This document shows, one piece after another, positions 7,501 through 16,053 of a DNA stretch of 64,000 nucleotides. This DNA comes from an uncultured Actinomycetes bacterium (GTDB lineage Bacteria; Actinomycetota; Thermoleophilia; UBA2241), in contig CAVWIH010000017.1 of the NCBI GenBank assembly GCA_963755025.1, positions 32,001-96,000 of the forward strand, written 5' to 3'. Numbering within the stretch: position 1 is the first letter of the stretch; each line of letters opens with the position of its first letter. The position numbers and the translations under genes were made by a program. The notes under the pieces are model-generated. The model was not told the origin of the DNA and did not search any database. It saw nothing but the letters and a program-made list of their open reading frames with translations.

Positions 7501-10195
7501 CCCGCAGATCGACACGACCGCGCCGGTCACGACGGCCGCGACCGACCCGAGCGGTTGGACGAACGGCAAGGTCGACGTGACTCTCACTGCCACCGACGCC
7601 GGCGGCTCGGGCGTCGCGACCACGTACTACCGGATCGGCGACGGCGATGCCCAGGCCTACACCGGCCCCATCACCGCCAGCGACGCCACCCCGATCACCT
7701 ACTGGTCGACCGACAAGGCCGGCAACGAAGAGGCGCACAACACGCTGACCCCGCAGATCGACACGATCGCGCCGGTCACGACGGCCACGACCGACCCGAG
7801 CGGCTGGACCAACGGCTCGGTCCAGGTGACCCTCACCGCTGCCGACACGGGCGGCTCCGGTCTCGACACCACCTGGTACAAGATCGGCGACGGCGATGCC
7901 CAGGCCTACGGCGGGCCCTTCACCGTCTCCGACGCCACCCAGATCACCTACTGGTCGACCGACACAGCCGGCAATGAAGAGGCGCACAACACGCTGACGC
8001 CGCAGATCGACACCACCGCGCCGGTGACCACCGCCGCCACCGACCCGAGCGGTTGGACGAACGGCAAGGTCGACGTGACACTCACGGCCACCGACGCTGG
8101 CGGTTCGGGCGTCGACACCACCTGGTACAAGGTCGGCGACGGCGATGCCCAGGCCTACAGCGGCCCCTTCACCGTCTCCGACGCCACCCCGATCACCTAC
8201 TGGTCGACCGACAAGGCCGGCAACGAAGAGGCTCACAACACGCTGACCCCGCAGATCGACACGCTCGCGCCGGTCACGACGGCCGCGACCGACCCGAGCG
8301 GCTGGACCAACGGCTCAGTCCAGGTGACCCTCACCGCCTCAGACAAGGGCGGCTCGGGCGTCGCGACCACGTACTATCGGATTGGCGACGGCGATGCTCA
8401 GACCTACAGCGGGCCCATCACCGCCACCGACGCCACCCCGATCACCTACTGGTCGACCGACAAGGCCGGTAACGAAGAGGCGCCCAACACGCTGACCCCG
8501 CAGATCGACACCACTCCGCCGGTCACGACCACGGCCGACCTCGCCGTCGGACCCGACGACGACTGGCAGGCCAGCACGGCGAGCGACCCTGCGACAGTCA
8601 CCCTCGCCGCGACCGACGACCAGTCCGGCGTCGCCACGACCACGTACCAGATCGACGACCAGGCGCCCCAGACCTACGACGGGCCCATCGCCATCACCGG
8701 CGAAGGCTCACACAAGGTCACCTTCTACTCGACCGACGCGGTCGGCAACCAGGAGGCGCCGCAGAGCGGCTACGTCAACATCGATTCCCTGGCCCCGACG
8801 AGCAGCGCTGACGGCCTGCAGGTCGACGGCGCGACGGGCTGGCAACAGGACGCCCAGAGCGTCACCCTGACGGCCTCAGACGCCGGCTCGGGCATGACGG
8901 GCGGCCAGTCGGGCATCTTCTACTCGCTCGACGGTCTCACCTACTCGGCCTACACCGGTCCCTTCACCGTCACGACCGAGGGCTCGAACCAGGTCTGGTA
9001 CTACGCGGTCGACGCCGCGGGCAACCTGGAGACCGCTCACTCCGGCTTCGTCAACATCGACACGACCCCGCCGGTCACGACCGCCACAGGCCTCGTCGCC
9101 GTGAGCGACGGCGGCTACATCCACGGCTCCCAGCAGGTCACGCTGACGGCGGTCGACTCGGGCTCGGGCATGACCGGCGGCAAGGCGGCGACCTGGTACA
9201 CCGATACCGTCGGCGACACCACGCCGACCCCCAAGCCTTACACCGGGACCCCCTTCACGGTCTCGGGCGTGGGTACGCACACGATCACCTATTACTCGGT
9301 CGACGCCCTGGGCAACGCCGAGACCGTGCAGACCGGCTACGTCAACATCCTGCCCGACCAGGCGCTCGTGACGCTGGCGAGCGGACTTGCCGACAACGAC
9401 CATTCCGGGTGGCTGACCACCGGCTCGGCCGACGTCAGCCTCTCCACGAGCGGCGGCGGCGGCACGATCACCACCCAATACCGCGTCGACGACGGCCCGC
9501 AGTGGCTCGCCTACACGGGCCCCTTCAGCGTCGCCGGTGACGGCTCGCACCGCGTCGACTATCGCTCGAGCGACAACGTCGGCGACGGCTGGAGCCAGAG
9601 CACCGGCTACGTGAACATCGACACCGTCGGTCCCGCGACCGTCGTCACCGCACCCACCACGCCGCAGCGCGCCACCGTCACCGTCCGCTTCAGCGGCACC
9701 GACAGCCTGTCGGGCTACTCGACGACCTTCTCCAAGGTCGACGGCGGCAAATGGAGCGCCGGCCCCACGGCGGTCGTCACGGCGCTCGCCAGCCACAAGG
9801 CCGACGGCGTGCACACGATCAGCTACTACTCGATGGACGTCGCCGGCAACGCCGGTCCCACCGGGCAGGTCAAGGTGACGATCGACACGCGGCGCCCCGC
9901 CCTCACCCTGCGCGGCGCGACGAAGGTCACCGTGCGCAAGGGCCGCTTCCTGGCGCTGCGCTACCGCTCTGTCGATGCGGGCGGGGCCTGCAAGCTGGTC
10001 CTCACCTTCTCGCGCAAGGTGCCCGGTAAGGCGGTCAAGACTAGCTTCACGATCTCCGCCAGGCGCGTCAGCTCGTGGCAGTCGTCGAAGCTGCGGCTGA
10101 AGCTGGCCAAGGGGGCCTATGCCGTGAAGCTGCAGTTGCGCGACCTCGCCGGCAACCTGTCGGCGGTCAAGACCATGCGCGTCACGGTGAAGTAG
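4517..10195 (+). CDS. Large secreted surface protein/adhesin: seven FG-GAP (VCBS) repeats plus many Ig-like (OmpL47/chitobiase-type) repeats
   Basis: Signal peptide ending ALA; seven D[LVFM]N[GH]DGxxD Ca-binding motifs; recurrent SGVATTYYTVDG...YWSxDxAGNxE repeats; Lys/Arg-rich C-terminus; RBS GGAGGT. Confidence 0.9.
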   Translation: MTQAQKLTRRVTLPIVAAVVVAVFAVCASVALAATPGSVTISSTTHPSQSAWYPSANPAFTWTPATESGGTIAGYSFVLDQSSGTIPVASTGTASLSYLPKVDYTIGSTPAEDSVADLNGDGKPDLVVENSASNTVSVLLGNGDGTFKAAVNYATGADPWSLAIGDVNGDGKLDLVICDESANTISVLLGNGDGTFQAHVDYTTGAGTSPESMRLGDFNGDGKLDVVTANAGTSNLSVLLNQGNGTFGAPTTFGTDSHPTSIAVGDLNGDGKQDVVTANIDTSSVSVLMGNGNGTFQTAVSYPCGSTPETVVLADLNGDGHPDIATANYVSTASVLLNKGNGTFAAHVDYATGSGPYSLAAADMNHDGAIDLVTVNHAANSVSVLYGNGDGTLQPKVDLAVGNGPFWVALGDFNHDGYGDIAVSNYGSGTVSVLLGSAYFSTKTAAKFTGQAEGTWYLHVRAVDTLGVGGPTATYTVHIDATPPVTTASGLVAGAGTSWTNAPSVTLSATDALSGVATTYYTVDGGAPQAYTASPITDLTAGSHAISYWSVDNAGNTETAHSGYVNVDLTAPVTTASGLSTSATTGWNKTAATFTLAATDALSGVATTYYTVDGGQRQTYTTPVTISTAGSHAISYWSVDNAGNAETAHNAFVNVDLAAPATTATGLATSSTTGWTNGSKTVTLGATDALSGVATTYYTVDGGAPQTYTAAFAIATAGSHPVTYWSVDNAGNVEAAHNGFVNIDLVKPVTVATGLAGTTTSGWHTSATSFTLAATDAGNSGLATTNYTIDGGASAQYSGTPVPVSGDASHMVTYWSTDVAGNVEDAHTGYINIDTKAPTTTAATDPSGWTNGPVKVTLTAGDTGSGVGTTWYQVGSGDPKIYSGAITASDATQISYWSTDVAGNVESHHALTPQIDTIAPVTTAATDPSRWTNGSVQVTLTAADTGGSGIDTTWYKVGDGDAQVYTDPFTVSDATQITYWSTDKAGNEEAHNTLTPQIDTTAPVTTAATDPSGWTNGKVDVTLTATDAGGSGVATTYYRIGDGDAQAYTGPITASDATPITYWSTDKAGNEEAHNTLTPQIDTIAPVTTATTDPSGWTNGSVQVTLTAADTGGSGLDTTWYKIGDGDAQAYGGPFTVSDATQITYWSTDTAGNEEAHNTLTPQIDTTAPVTTAATDPSGWTNGKVDVTLTATDAGGSGVDTTWYKVGDGDAQAYSGPFTVSDATPITYWSTDKAGNEEAHNTLTPQIDTLAPVTTAATDPSGWTNGSVQVTLTASDKGGSGVATTYYRIGDGDAQTYSGPITATDATPITYWSTDKAGNEEAPNTLTPQIDTTPPVTTTADLAVGPDDDWQASTASDPATVTLAATDDQSGVATTTYQIDDQAPQTYDGPIAITGEGSHKVTFYSTDAVGNQEAPQSGYVNIDSLAPTSSADGLQVDGATGWQQDAQSVTLTASDAGSGMTGGQSGIFYSLDGLTYSAYTGPFTVTTEGSNQVWYYAVDAAGNLETAHSGFVNIDTTPPVTTATGLVAVSDGGYIHGSQQVTLTAVDSGSGMTGGKAATWYTDTVGDTTPTPKPYTGTPFTVSGVGTHTITYYSVDALGNAETVQTGYVNILPDQALVTLASGLADNDHSGWLTTGSADVSLSTSGGGGTITTQYRVDDGPQWLAYTGPFSVAGDGSHRVDYRSSDNVGDGWSQSTGYVNIDTVGPATVVTAPTTPQRATVTVRFSGTDSLSGYSTTFSKVDGGKWSAGPTAVVTALASHKADGVHTISYYSMDVAGNAGPTGQVKVTIDTRRPALTLRGATKVTVRKGRFLALRYRSVDAGGACKLVLTFSRKVPGKAVKTSFTISARRVSSWQSSKLRLKLAKGAYAVKLQLRDLAGNLSAVKTMRVTVK
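7253..8511 (+). repeat. In-frame 249-bp (83-aa) tandem repeats, about five copies
   Basis: CCGCAGATCGACAC recurs at 7253, 7502, 7751, 8000, 8249 and 8498. Confidence 0.92.
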
Positions 10196-10347
10196 CCGGC
10201 TACGACGACGCCGGCGGCGTGCGCTGCCGGTCCGTACTTCAAGAGGGCACCCGAAGACACAGGGCCCGGCCGCCTCGGCGGTCGGGCCCTGTGTACGTGG
10301 GGAGCGGCCGTTCTGGCGATCAGGCCCTTACAGGCGGGAGCGGCGGA

Positions 10348-10370
10348 CGGGGCGCGCAAGGCGCGCCCCG
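10348..10370. terminator. GC hairpin between convergent genes
   Basis: CGGGGCGCGC-AAG-GCGCGCCCCG; no U-tract. Confidence 0.4.
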
Positions 10371-10406
10371 CCGGCCGCGCACAAGAGACGCCTGCCGCCG
10401 GCCGCC

Positions 10407-11519
10407 TCAGGCGCGGGCCGCGCCGAAGCGCCTGGCGCGCCGCACGAGGGTGCGTACGCCCATAGCGATCGCCAGGCGGCGGGCCTCGCTTTTGGCGGCA
10501 TTGCGGCCGCAGAGCGCCACCCAGGTGAGGTGGGCGGTGCGCGTGTCGTGGGTGCCGCCGCGCGTCGCTGTGACGGTGGGGGAGAGGGCCACCAGGCCGG
10601 GCAGGGCGGTCGGCGCGATCGTGCAGAGGCGGGCCACCTGCTTGCGCCACTCTGACAACAGTCGCTCGGCGACTCGGTCGGAGGTCGCCTCATCGTCGCA
10701 GATGGTCTGTAGCGCGGAGGCGAGCGCGCGGGCCCCCTCGATACAAGGCCCGTGCAGGCTGCCCGTCTCGGGCGGTATGCCGCACAGACAGGCGGCGGCA
10801 TCCCAGGAGACGGGCGCGCCGATCGCGAACGACAGCGCCGTCTGCGCTGTCTCGATGGTAGCGCGACGATCTTGTCGGGTGCGGGTGGCCGTCAGCCCGC
10901 TGGGGTTCTGGCGATAGGCAATCAGCGTTTCGGGGAGCGAGGCAACCTCGCTTTGCCGCAACATGGCGGCCCAGAGCGCGTAGTCCTGCGAGTTGCGAAA
11001 GTGTTCGGGGTAGCCGCCGGCGGCGAGGGCCGCGTTGCGGCGCATCATGACCGAGGAATGGGCGATCGAGTTGCCGGTCAGCAGGCGGTAGCGGATCAGC
11101 GCGGCATTGCAAGGCGAGTGGACGGTCCCCAGCACCGTGCCCGACGGGTCGATGCGGTCGAAGGCGGAGCCGAGCAGGGAGCAGTCGGGGTGGTCGCTGA
11201 GGTAGGCGACCTGTCGTTCCAGACGCTCGGGATAGGCGATGTCGTCGGCGTCGAGGATGGCGACGAGGTCGGACCTGGCGGAGCTCATGCCCAGGTTGCG
11301 AGCGGCCGCCGCGCCGCCGTTCTGAGGCACGCTGATGAGGCGCACCCGGGGGTCGGTGAACGAGCGCACGACGTCGGCGGTGCGGTCGGTCGAGCCATCG
11401 TCGACGACCACGAGCTCGAGGTCGGAAAGGGTCTGGGCGAGCACGCTGCGGATCGAGTCCCCGATGTAGTCGGCGACGTTGTGGGCCGCCATCACTACGC
11501 TTACCTGCGGTTCGCTCAC
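10407..11519 (-). CDS. Glycosyltransferase family 2
   Basis: VSVVMAAHN, VVVDDGSTD, ARNLG, ILDADD, QDYALW motifs. Confidence 0.92.
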   Translation of the reverse strand: MSEPQVSVVMAAHNVADYIGDSIRSVLAQTLSDLELVVVDDGSTDRTADVVRSFTDPRVRLISVPQNGGAAAARNLGMSSARSDLVAILDADDIAYPERLERQVAYLSDHPDCSLLGSAFDRIDPSGTVLGTVHSPCNAALIRYRLLTGNSIAHSSVMMRRNAALAAGGYPEHFRNSQDYALWAAMLRQSEVASLPETLIAYRQNPSGLTATRTRQDRRATIETAQTALSFAIGAPVSWDAAACLCGIPPETGSLHGPCIEGARALASALQTICDDEATSDRVAERLLSEWRKQVARLCTIAPTALPGLVALSPTVTATRGGTHDTRTAHLTWVALCGRNAAKSEARRLAIAMGVRTLVRRARRFGAARA

Positions 11520-11527
11520 GGTCGGTC

Positions 11528-13333
11528 CTAACTGTAGATCTGGTAGTCGAACAGCTTGCGATAGGCGCCCTCGGCCTCGAGCAGCTCGTCGTGGGTGCCG
11601 CGCTCCTCGATGACGCCGTGGTCGAGCACGACGATCTGGTCGGAGTGCTGCACGGTCGACAGGCGGTGGGCGATGACGATCAAGGTCTTGCGGTGGCGCA
11701 CGCCGTCGAGCGCCTGCTGGATGTACTGCTCCGACTCGGAGTCGAGGGCGCTGGTGGGCTCGTCGAGGATGAGGATCTCGGGGTCCTGCAGGAACACGCG
11801 GGCCAGCGCCAGGCGCTGGCGCTCGCCGCCCGAGAGCCGCACGCCGCGGTCGCCGACGCTGGTCTCGAGGCCGTTGGGCAGCTTGCCGACGAAGTTGGCG
11901 CAGAAGCTGGACTCGAGGGCCTCGGCGATCTCGGCGGCGCTGGGCTCGCGTTCGAGCCCGTAGACCAGGTTGTTGTAGATGGTGTCGTTGAACAGCAGGG
12001 CGTCCTGGGTCATGAAGCCGATGGAGCGGCGCAGGCTGCGCAGCTCGAAGTCCTGCACGGGGCGGCCGTCGAACAGCACGCGGCCTTCGTTGGCGTCGCG
12101 CAGGCGCGGGATGAGGTCGACCAGGGTCGACTTGCCCGAGCCCGACTTGCCCACGATGGCCGTCTGCGAGCGGCAGGGGATCGTGAGGTCGACGCCCCGC
12201 AGGACGAGCTCCCCGGTCTCGTCGCCGTAGGCGAAGCTCACGTCGTCGAAGCGGATGCCGTCGCGCAGGCCGGCAAAGGCGGCGTCGCCGCCCACGATGT
12301 GCCGCGAGGCGCTGGCGCGGTTGAAGGTGTCGCGTACCAGGTGGAGGCTGTCGATCGTGGCCATTAGCGACTGGCGGCCGTTGTTGAAGCCCTTCACGTT
12401 GTTGTTGAGCTGCAGCAAGATGAAGAGGAAGAGGCCGATGGTGGCGAGGCTGGCGTGGAAGAACTGCACGCCCACGAAGATGACGGCGAAGAGCATGAGC
12501 ATCTGCAGGGGGTCGATCGTCACCTCGACGATGCCGCTCAGGATCGAGATGCGCCGCTGCGCGTCGCCGAAGCGCGTCACGACCGCGGTGACGTTCTCGG
12601 TCTCGCGGTCCTCCTGGCCGAGCATCTTGATGAGCCGCAGGGCGGTGATGCGCTCGGAGATCACCGAGTAGGTCTCGTTGTTGAGCTGGGCGGTCACGCG
12701 CCCCAGCGCTCGCGAGCGCTTGATGGCGCGGTTGACCAGGAGCGAGATCAGCGCCAGGGCGACCACCGTGATCACGGCGAGCTTGACCTGCAGTACGAGC
12801 AGGACGAGGACGTACATCGCGATCAGCAGGCCGACCGAGATCTGCTGCATGAACTGGGTGATGGCGCCGCCGCCGCGCTGCACCTGGGCGGTGAGCGTGC
12901 TGACCAGGTTGCTGTTGCCCTCGCCCACGACGAAGGCCAGGTCGCCGTGGATGATCGCGGCGAAACCCCGGGAGCGCAGGCGCACCATCGCCCGTTGCTG
13001 CACGCGCGACACGTAGGTCGTGTTGGTGAGATAGACAAACTCGCGCAGCAGGATGGGCACGAAGGCCAGCACCAGCAGGGAGAGCAGGGTGACCGGCAGG
13101 CCGAGGAAGTGCAGCACGTGGTAGAGCAGGTCGCTGAAGACGCCGCCGCCCTTGGCCTTGCCGTACTCGATGTACTGCAGCACGGGCGAGAGCATGCCGG
13201 CAGCCAGGGCCTGCAGCACGGCCAGCATGACGGAGAGCACCACCAGGATGCCGACTTCCGAGGGGCGCACGGAGAGGATCTGGAACAGCTCCCGCCCGGC
13301 CAGCAGCCAGCGGTTCTTTCGGTGTTCGGTCAC
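11528..13333 (-). CDS. ABC exporter (TMD+NBD, MsbA/PglK-like), copy 1
   Basis: TM region, Walker A GKSGSGKS, LSGGERQR, ILILDEPTSALD, IAHRLST; RBS GAGGAG before GTG. Confidence 0.92.
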   Translation of the reverse strand: MTEHRKNRWLLAGRELFQILSVRPSEVGILVVLSVMLAVLQALAAGMLSPVLQYIEYGKAKGGGVFSDLLYHVLHFLGLPVTLLSLLVLAFVPILLREFVYLTNTTYVSRVQQRAMVRLRSRGFAAIIHGDLAFVVGEGNSNLVSTLTAQVQRGGGAITQFMQQISVGLLIAMYVLVLLVLQVKLAVITVVALALISLLVNRAIKRSRALGRVTAQLNNETYSVISERITALRLIKMLGQEDRETENVTAVVTRFGDAQRRISILSGIVEVTIDPLQMLMLFAVIFVGVQFFHASLATIGLFLFILLQLNNNVKGFNNGRQSLMATIDSLHLVRDTFNRASASRHIVGGDAAFAGLRDGIRFDDVSFAYGDETGELVLRGVDLTIPCRSQTAIVGKSGSGKSTLVDLIPRLRDANEGRVLFDGRPVQDFELRSLRRSIGFMTQDALLFNDTIYNNLVYGLEREPSAAEIAEALESSFCANFVGKLPNGLETSVGDRGVRLSGGERQRLALARVFLQDPEILILDEPTSALDSESEQYIQQALDGVRHRKTLIVIAHRLSTVQHSDQIVVLDHGVIEERGTHDELLEAEGAYRKLFDYQIYS

Positions 13334-13348
13334 CGCACTCCTCGGCCG
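11534..13348 (+). repeat. 1815-bp direct repeat, copy A (partner 16060-17874)
   Basis: Matches 16060-17874 at offset 4526; by eye one synonymous difference (13037 A vs 17563 G). Confidence 0.93.
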
Positions 13349-13609
13349 CTTCGCCCTCGGCTTGCAGCAGACTCTGACAGGAGCGTCGTCGGCTGTCCCA
13401 GCATTTCGGGCGACGATCGACGCGCTCTCTCTACGGGCCGCTCGGACATCGCGGTCGGCATCGACGAACCGTCGTGCGCCACCCGATCCGGTCTGCCGGT
13501 CAGCCTCGACCAGACCGCGCCGGGCGACTCGAGCAGGCGCTGACTACCGGGAAGGACGTTCCAAGCGGCCAGTAGTCTAGCACGCGACACCCGGAGATGC
13601 GGCCCTCGG

Positions 13610-14737
13610 TCAGCTCCTCGTGCGATGCCTGATGAGACCGTCCACCATGTCGCGCAACCCGGGAGCCACGGCATCGTAACTGTACTTCTCGATGCATCGC
13701 CGCCGTGCCCGCCGCCCCAGGTCGGCGGCGCGGGTCGGGTCGTCGAGCAGCCCGGCCATGGTGGCCGCCAGCGACCTGACGTCACCAGGCCTGACGATCT
13801 CGCCGCAGTCCCGAAGGATCTCGGGCAGGTCGGAGACGCCCGAGGCGACGATGGGCTTGGCCATCGCCATGGCATCGAATAGCTTGGCCGGCACCTGACC
13901 GCGCGCTGCCGGTATGTCGGCCTGGAAGAGCACCACGAGGTCGGCCGCGGCCTGGAACCTGGGGACTGCGGAGAACGGCTGTGGGCCGACCGTCCTCACG
14001 AACTGCTTGTCGGGTAGCCGGCTCGCCTGGAGCTCCGTCGCGCCCACCACCAGCAAGGTGACATCGTCACGCTTCAGTCCCTCGATGGCCTCGGTCAGTT
14101 GCGCGATGCCCTTGTGTTTCATCGGTGTCCCCAGGAAGAGGACGACCTTGCGTCCGGCCAGCCCGAGGTCGGACTTGATCTGCTCTGAGTCGAACTTGCT
14201 CGGGTCGAAGCGCGCCGTGTCGCGAGCATGCGGGATCAGCGTGCCGCCAAAGAGCCCCTGCAGAAAGAGGCTCGCGACGCTGACGCCGTCGGCCGTCGAC
14301 GCCAGCCGTTCGAGCGCCCACGTATAGGCGATGTTGTTGGCGTCGGTGAGGCGGGCGGCGCTCTTCAGCTTTCGGCGGAGCGTGCCGTAGTAGAAGAGGG
14401 CAAAGCCCCATTCCCAGTCGTCGACGTCGAGGACCAGCGGCTTGTGGCTGGCGAGCCTCGCGAGCAGGGGCACGCCGAAGCTCGTCACCCTTGGCTTGAC
14501 CGCGTACACGGCTTGCGCCCGGGAGTTCAGGATGTACCGAAAGCAATCGATCGAACTGAGGATCGTGCACTTGACCGATGCATCGTCGGCCAGGGGCTCC
14601 CAGACCACGCCGCGTGAAGCCGGGCCGACGATCTCTACGTCGTAGTAGCGGCTCAGCATCTGCGCCAGGACGTGCGCTCTCGCGTAGCTGTTGTTCGAAA
14701 CATCTTGCGAGACCAGGATGATGCTCGCCTGCCCCAT
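13610..14737 (-). CDS. Glycosyltransferase family 4 (GT-B)
   Basis: LVLDVDDWE, FLGTPMKHKGI, PAKLFDAMAMAKPIVASGVSDLPEIL; start placed at MGQAS. Confidence 0.88.
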   Translation of the reverse strand: MGQASIILVSQDVSNNSYARAHVLAQMLSRYYDVEIVGPASRGVVWEPLADDASVKCTILSSIDCFRYILNSRAQAVYAVKPRVTSFGVPLLARLASHKPLVLDVDDWEWGFALFYYGTLRRKLKSAARLTDANNIAYTWALERLASTADGVSVASLFLQGLFGGTLIPHARDTARFDPSKFDSEQIKSDLGLAGRKVVLFLGTPMKHKGIAQLTEAIEGLKRDDVTLLVVGATELQASRLPDKQFVRTVGPQPFSAVPRFQAAADLVVLFQADIPAARGQVPAKLFDAMAMAKPIVASGVSDLPEILRDCGEIVRPGDVRSLAATMAGLLDDPTRAADLGRRARRRCIEKYSYDAVAPGLRDMVDGLIRHRTRS

Positions 14738-14781
14738 GGCTATCGCCTCCGGTATGCGCCGCCCACGCGTGGCGACTTGGA

Positions 14782-15909
14782 TCAGCCGATCTTCATCTGC
14801 GCGAAGGCGTCGCTGAATCGCTTTTGCCACGTGTGATCGCGCAGTGCGCGCTGCCGCCCTGCTAGCCGGACGGCTTCGCACTCTTCGCTGTGGCTCAGGT
14901 AGTGTCGCGTCTTGGCCACGAGGTCGTCGGCGGTCTTGAAGCAAGCGATCTCTACCCCCGGCACAAAGAACTCCTCGATCTCCTCGAGGTACTCGAGCAG
15001 ATAGAAGCCGCCGGACATGGGCACCTCGAAATCTCGCAGTCGCACCTGCCGGATCGGCTCGGCCGAGCGACCGGTGTCGCCGACCGAGGAGAACCCGAGG
15101 CTGATCCGGGAGCGGCTAAAGGTGGCGATCATCTGCTCATCCGACAGCAGCCCGCCGCACACGCCTTGGGGAAAACGCGGGTCGCTTCGCGGGTGAGGCT
15201 GAGCGGCTTGAGATGCGCGGCCCTTGAGGAGGTTCCTGGCGTGCCGCAGGTGCGCCACGGCGCCTTGTGGAGGGGAGAACCTCAGCCACCCGGGCCCCCA
15301 GACGCGCACGTCGATGCCGGACTCCAGCAGCGCGCTGATGTAGTCGGGGCGGTCGCCGTAGGCCGCCCCGACGAAGGTCACGTCGAGGTCGTGGGGAAGG
15401 TTGGAGTGGCGATAGAAGTCGGGGTTGGCCGCCTCCTGGCAGTAGATCGGGCGGGCGCCGATCGCGCGATAGTCCGCCAGGCGGACCTTCTCGGGCACGA
15501 GGCAGTAGCTGTAAGCGGGGGCGATCTCGCGCACGAGGTCGAACTGATAGGAGGCGTTGCAGTACCAGTTGACCGTCGTGATGCCCATGCTGTTGATAGC
15601 GCGGATCGTCTCGGGCGTGACGAAGGACGAGTAGAAGTAACTGAAGAAGACGTCGATCGGCTGACTTTCGTGCGCCGCCCGGATCTGAGCCAGCAGGGCG
15701 GATTCGAGCTGCGTGCGGTGCGCGGCTACCCAGGCCGCGTTCTCAGCACGTGCGACGTTGGCGTGCAGGTAATGAGGGGCGAGGTCGTAGTCGAGTTCGA
15801 CGACCTGGTGCTCGAGGCCGACGAGAGCCATGAACAGGTTGGACCGCCAGACCTGCGATTGGGGGAGAGCCCTGTTGGGGCGGCTGCCGGCGGCGTAAAA
15901 GATGCGCAT
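14782..15909 (-). CDS. CgeB-like glycosyltransferase (GT-B)
   Basis: DVTFVGAAYGDR, VWGPGW, RLRDFEVPMSGGFYL, GRQRALRDHTWQKR. Confidence 0.85.
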   Translation of the reverse strand: MRIFYAAGSRPNRALPQSQVWRSNLFMALVGLEHQVVELDYDLAPHYLHANVARAENAAWVAAHRTQLESALLAQIRAAHESQPIDVFFSYFYSSFVTPETIRAINSMGITTVNWYCNASYQFDLVREIAPAYSYCLVPEKVRLADYRAIGARPIYCQEAANPDFYRHSNLPHDLDVTFVGAAYGDRPDYISALLESGIDVRVWGPGWLRFSPPQGAVAHLRHARNLLKGRASQAAQPHPRSDPRFPQGVCGGLLSDEQMIATFSRSRISLGFSSVGDTGRSAEPIRQVRLRDFEVPMSGGFYLLEYLEEIEEFFVPGVEIACFKTADDLVAKTRHYLSHSEECEAVRLAGRQRALRDHTWQKRFSDAFAQMKIG

Positions 15910-16053
15910 CAGAACGACCTCGGACGATCGATTGTGGCGGATGAAACCGCTGCGCCCCCGTTCGGGGCCAGCAGAAGGCTTGCACGACTTGGTCGCGCCC
16001 GCAAGTGTATGGAGGCGGCCGCGAGAGGCGACATGAGCGCGCCTTCCGACGCC

